Source: Escherichia coli (lineage in GTDB: Bacteria; Pseudomonadota; Gammaproteobacteria; Enterobacterales; Enterobacteriaceae). From it: DNA of 773 nt. Each line of letters begins with the position of its first letter. Position 1 is the stretch's first letter. The notes beneath the pieces were generated by a model. It saw nothing but the letters and a program-made list of their open reading frames with translations. It had not been told where the DNA came from and made no database searches. A program made the translations under genes and the position numbers. The stretch lies in the NCBI RefSeq assembly GCF_003334335.1, contig NZ_QOWQ01000151.1, one strand, 5' to 3'. Of this stretch, positions 1 through 773 are shown piece by piece.

Positions 1-773
1 GCCAGCGGCAGGCCGCGATGGTCGCAGTGGTACAGGTGGATTTTTCGCGCCGGCGTGTACACCGGGTCCATCTGGTTTTGCATCTGCTCCACGGTCAGGC
101 CGCACGATGCCAGCCAGCGGCGGCTTTCCTCACTCACCCGGTCAGCCAGGATTTCACTTTCCAGCCGGTCGAGCATCTGCACCAGCACCGGCGGGAACAC
201 CACACTGCCACCGTCTTCGCCGCCGGACTGCTGAAGGGCATCCGCCAGGCTGCGGCGCTGCGTTTTCGCCAGCTCACCGGTGGCGGTTTCAACTCTGATG
301 AGTGGCGTGAAGCTCCCCGGCTGATAAATCGTCTGGATGCGGGTTCTGTCGTTCTGTATTGTGGTCAGCCGGTCGCCGTCCCAGCCGTACCAGGTCACTT
401 GCGGTTTCCGTGACAGCGACATCCAGCCCGTCAGGTCCCGTTCACGCCGCCACACCCGTTTTGCCACCCTGCGGCCCAGCGGGTCGTAAAGATAGCGACT
501 TTCGACCAGCGGCTCTTCATATTGTGTCCGCGTGTAGTGCACCAGCCGGTGCTGACTGTCGTAATGGTACCGGTGAGTCCGCTCATCATCCGTGCGGATA
601 ACCCCTTCCGGGATGAGGTCGGTTTTCTCTGTCAGCCTGCCGTGACGGTCATACCGGTAAAGATAGTGCGCGTCACGGGCGATACGGTTATCCGGCCACA
701 TGCTGAGGGTGCTGTCCGGGTGCAGCTCCGGGTCGGGCAGGCGGTTACCTGCCGGGTCTGTGGCATACGGGAT
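1..773 (-). CDS. rhs: Rhs-family core protein (YD-repeat polymorphic toxin shell), internal fragment, partial at both ends
   Basis: Seen in sequence: the minus-strand frame with codons starting at 773 is open for 257 codons to position 3, with no stop. The translation carries repeated YD-repeat motifs ([47 protein letters not shown]) and ends in [15 protein letters not shown]. Established knowledge: I recognise this from memory as the C-terminal part of the conserved core of E. coli-type Rhs proteins (RhsA/B/C/D family); no database search was run. The paralogue or strain cannot be assigned from this fragment, so the symbol is given at family level only. GC of about 63% matches the known compositional signature of Rhs cores. 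Confidence 0.9.
   Translation of the reverse strand, partial: MPYATDPAGNRLPDPELHPDSTLSMWPDNRIARDAHYLYRYDRHGRLTEKTDLIPEGVIRTDDERTHRYHYDSQHRLVHYTRTQYEEPLVESRYLYDPLGRRVAKRVWRRERDLTGWMSLSRKPQVTWYGWDGDRLTTIQNDRTRIQTIYQPGSFTPLIRVETATGELAKTQRRSLADALQQSGGEDGGSVVFPPVLVQMLDRLESEILADRVSEESRRWLASCGLTVEQMQNQMDPVYTPARKIHLYHCDHRGLPL
3..41 (-). other. Start of RHS repeat-associated core domain ([14 protein letters not shown]), truncated by the window edge
   Basis: Translated residues 245-257 resemble the conserved Y-x-x-D-H-L/R-G motif that opens the RHS repeat-associated core domain just upstream of the DPxGL boundary in Rhs and YD-repeat toxins. The domain continues past position 1. Confidence 0.65.
351..398 (-). 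other. YD-repeat motif (protein level), [16 protein letters not shown]
   Basis: Translated residues 126-141: [10 protein letters not shown], a YD-repeat variant with Trp in the aromatic positions. Confidence 0.6.
459..494 (-). other. YD-repeat motif (protein level), [12 protein letters not shown]
   Basis: Translated residues 94-105: Y-L-Y-D-x-x-G-R-R, a close match to the YD-repeat consensus. Confidence 0.75.
528..575 (-). other. YD-repeat motif (protein level), [16 protein letters not shown]
   Basis: Translated residues 67-82 contain a Y-x-Y-D...R-L core typical of YD repeats. This copy is degenerate, with Gly replaced by His. Confidence 0.6.
624..659 (-). other. YD-repeat motif (protein level), [12 protein letters not shown]
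   Basis: Translated residues 39-50 of the minus-strand frame match the YD-repeat consensus (aromatic-x-Y-D-x-x-G-R-L). Confidence 0.75.

Noticed and set aside
178-186. 9-mer tgcaccagc repeated at 178-186 and 538-546
   Set aside because: A short exact repeat at a chance-compatible length in GC-rich coding sequence, with no flanking inverted or direct repeat structure. Not a mobile-element end or CRISPR repeat.
107-298. 63-aa plus-strand ORF from the supplied track
   Set aside because: Antisense shadow ORF inside the Rhs core. The Pro/Gly/Ala/Arg-rich composition is a GC artefact; it overlaps the 18..413 ORF in another frame.
18-413. 131-aa plus-strand ORF from the supplied track
   Set aside because: It is antisense to the strongly supported Rhs core frame. 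Its product is Arg/Ala/His/Pro-rich low-complexity sequence ([26 protein letters not shown]...), typical of shadow ORFs in GC-rich coding DNA, with no recognisable motif.
539-546. Near-Chi octamer GCTGGTGC on the minus strand, with a second copy at 179-186
   Set aside because: Both are 7 of 8 matches to the Chi site GCTGGTGG, not exact. They fall on Leu-Val codons (ctg gtg) of the coding frame, so they are best explained by codon usage. No exact Chi site was found on either strand.
359-601. 80-aa plus-strand ORF from the supplied track
   Set aside because: Antisense shadow ORF inside the Rhs core; Ser/Pro/Ala/Arg-rich, with no domain signature.
699-701. Internal ATG (Met25 of the minus-strand frame) as a possible start codon
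   Set aside because: The frame stays open upstream to the window edge and the upstream residues ([24 protein letters not shown]) are recognisable Rhs core sequence, so this is an internal Met, not the initiation codon.
1-773. A previously undescribed system encoded within the window
   Set aside because: The whole window is explained by one well-known gene family (Rhs core). No additional ORF, RNA gene, repeat array or regulatory architecture is left unexplained. Any novelty would lie in the off-window toxin tip and immunity region.

Overview
The whole 773-bp window is an internal fragment of a single minus-strand gene encoding an Rhs-family (YD-repeat) core protein, the conserved shell of an enterobacterial-type polymorphic toxin. 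The reading frame (codons phased from position 773 down to position 3) is open across the window with no stop, and translates to ...[52 protein letters not shown]...[47 protein letters not shown]...[18 protein letters not shown]. This shows recurring YD-repeat motifs and, at the C-terminal (low-coordinate) end, the start of the RHS repeat-associated core domain. The supplied ORF track misses this gene because it has no stop codon in the window; the three plus-strand ORFs it lists are antisense shadow ORFs. GC content counted by hand is 485/773 (about 63%), consistent with the known GC-rich composition of Rhs cores. I see no RNA gene, CRISPR array, mobile-element end or convincing regulatory site. 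I do not find a novel system inside this window: the variable toxin tip and immunity gene that make Rhs loci interesting should lie just beyond position 1 and cannot be assessed here.
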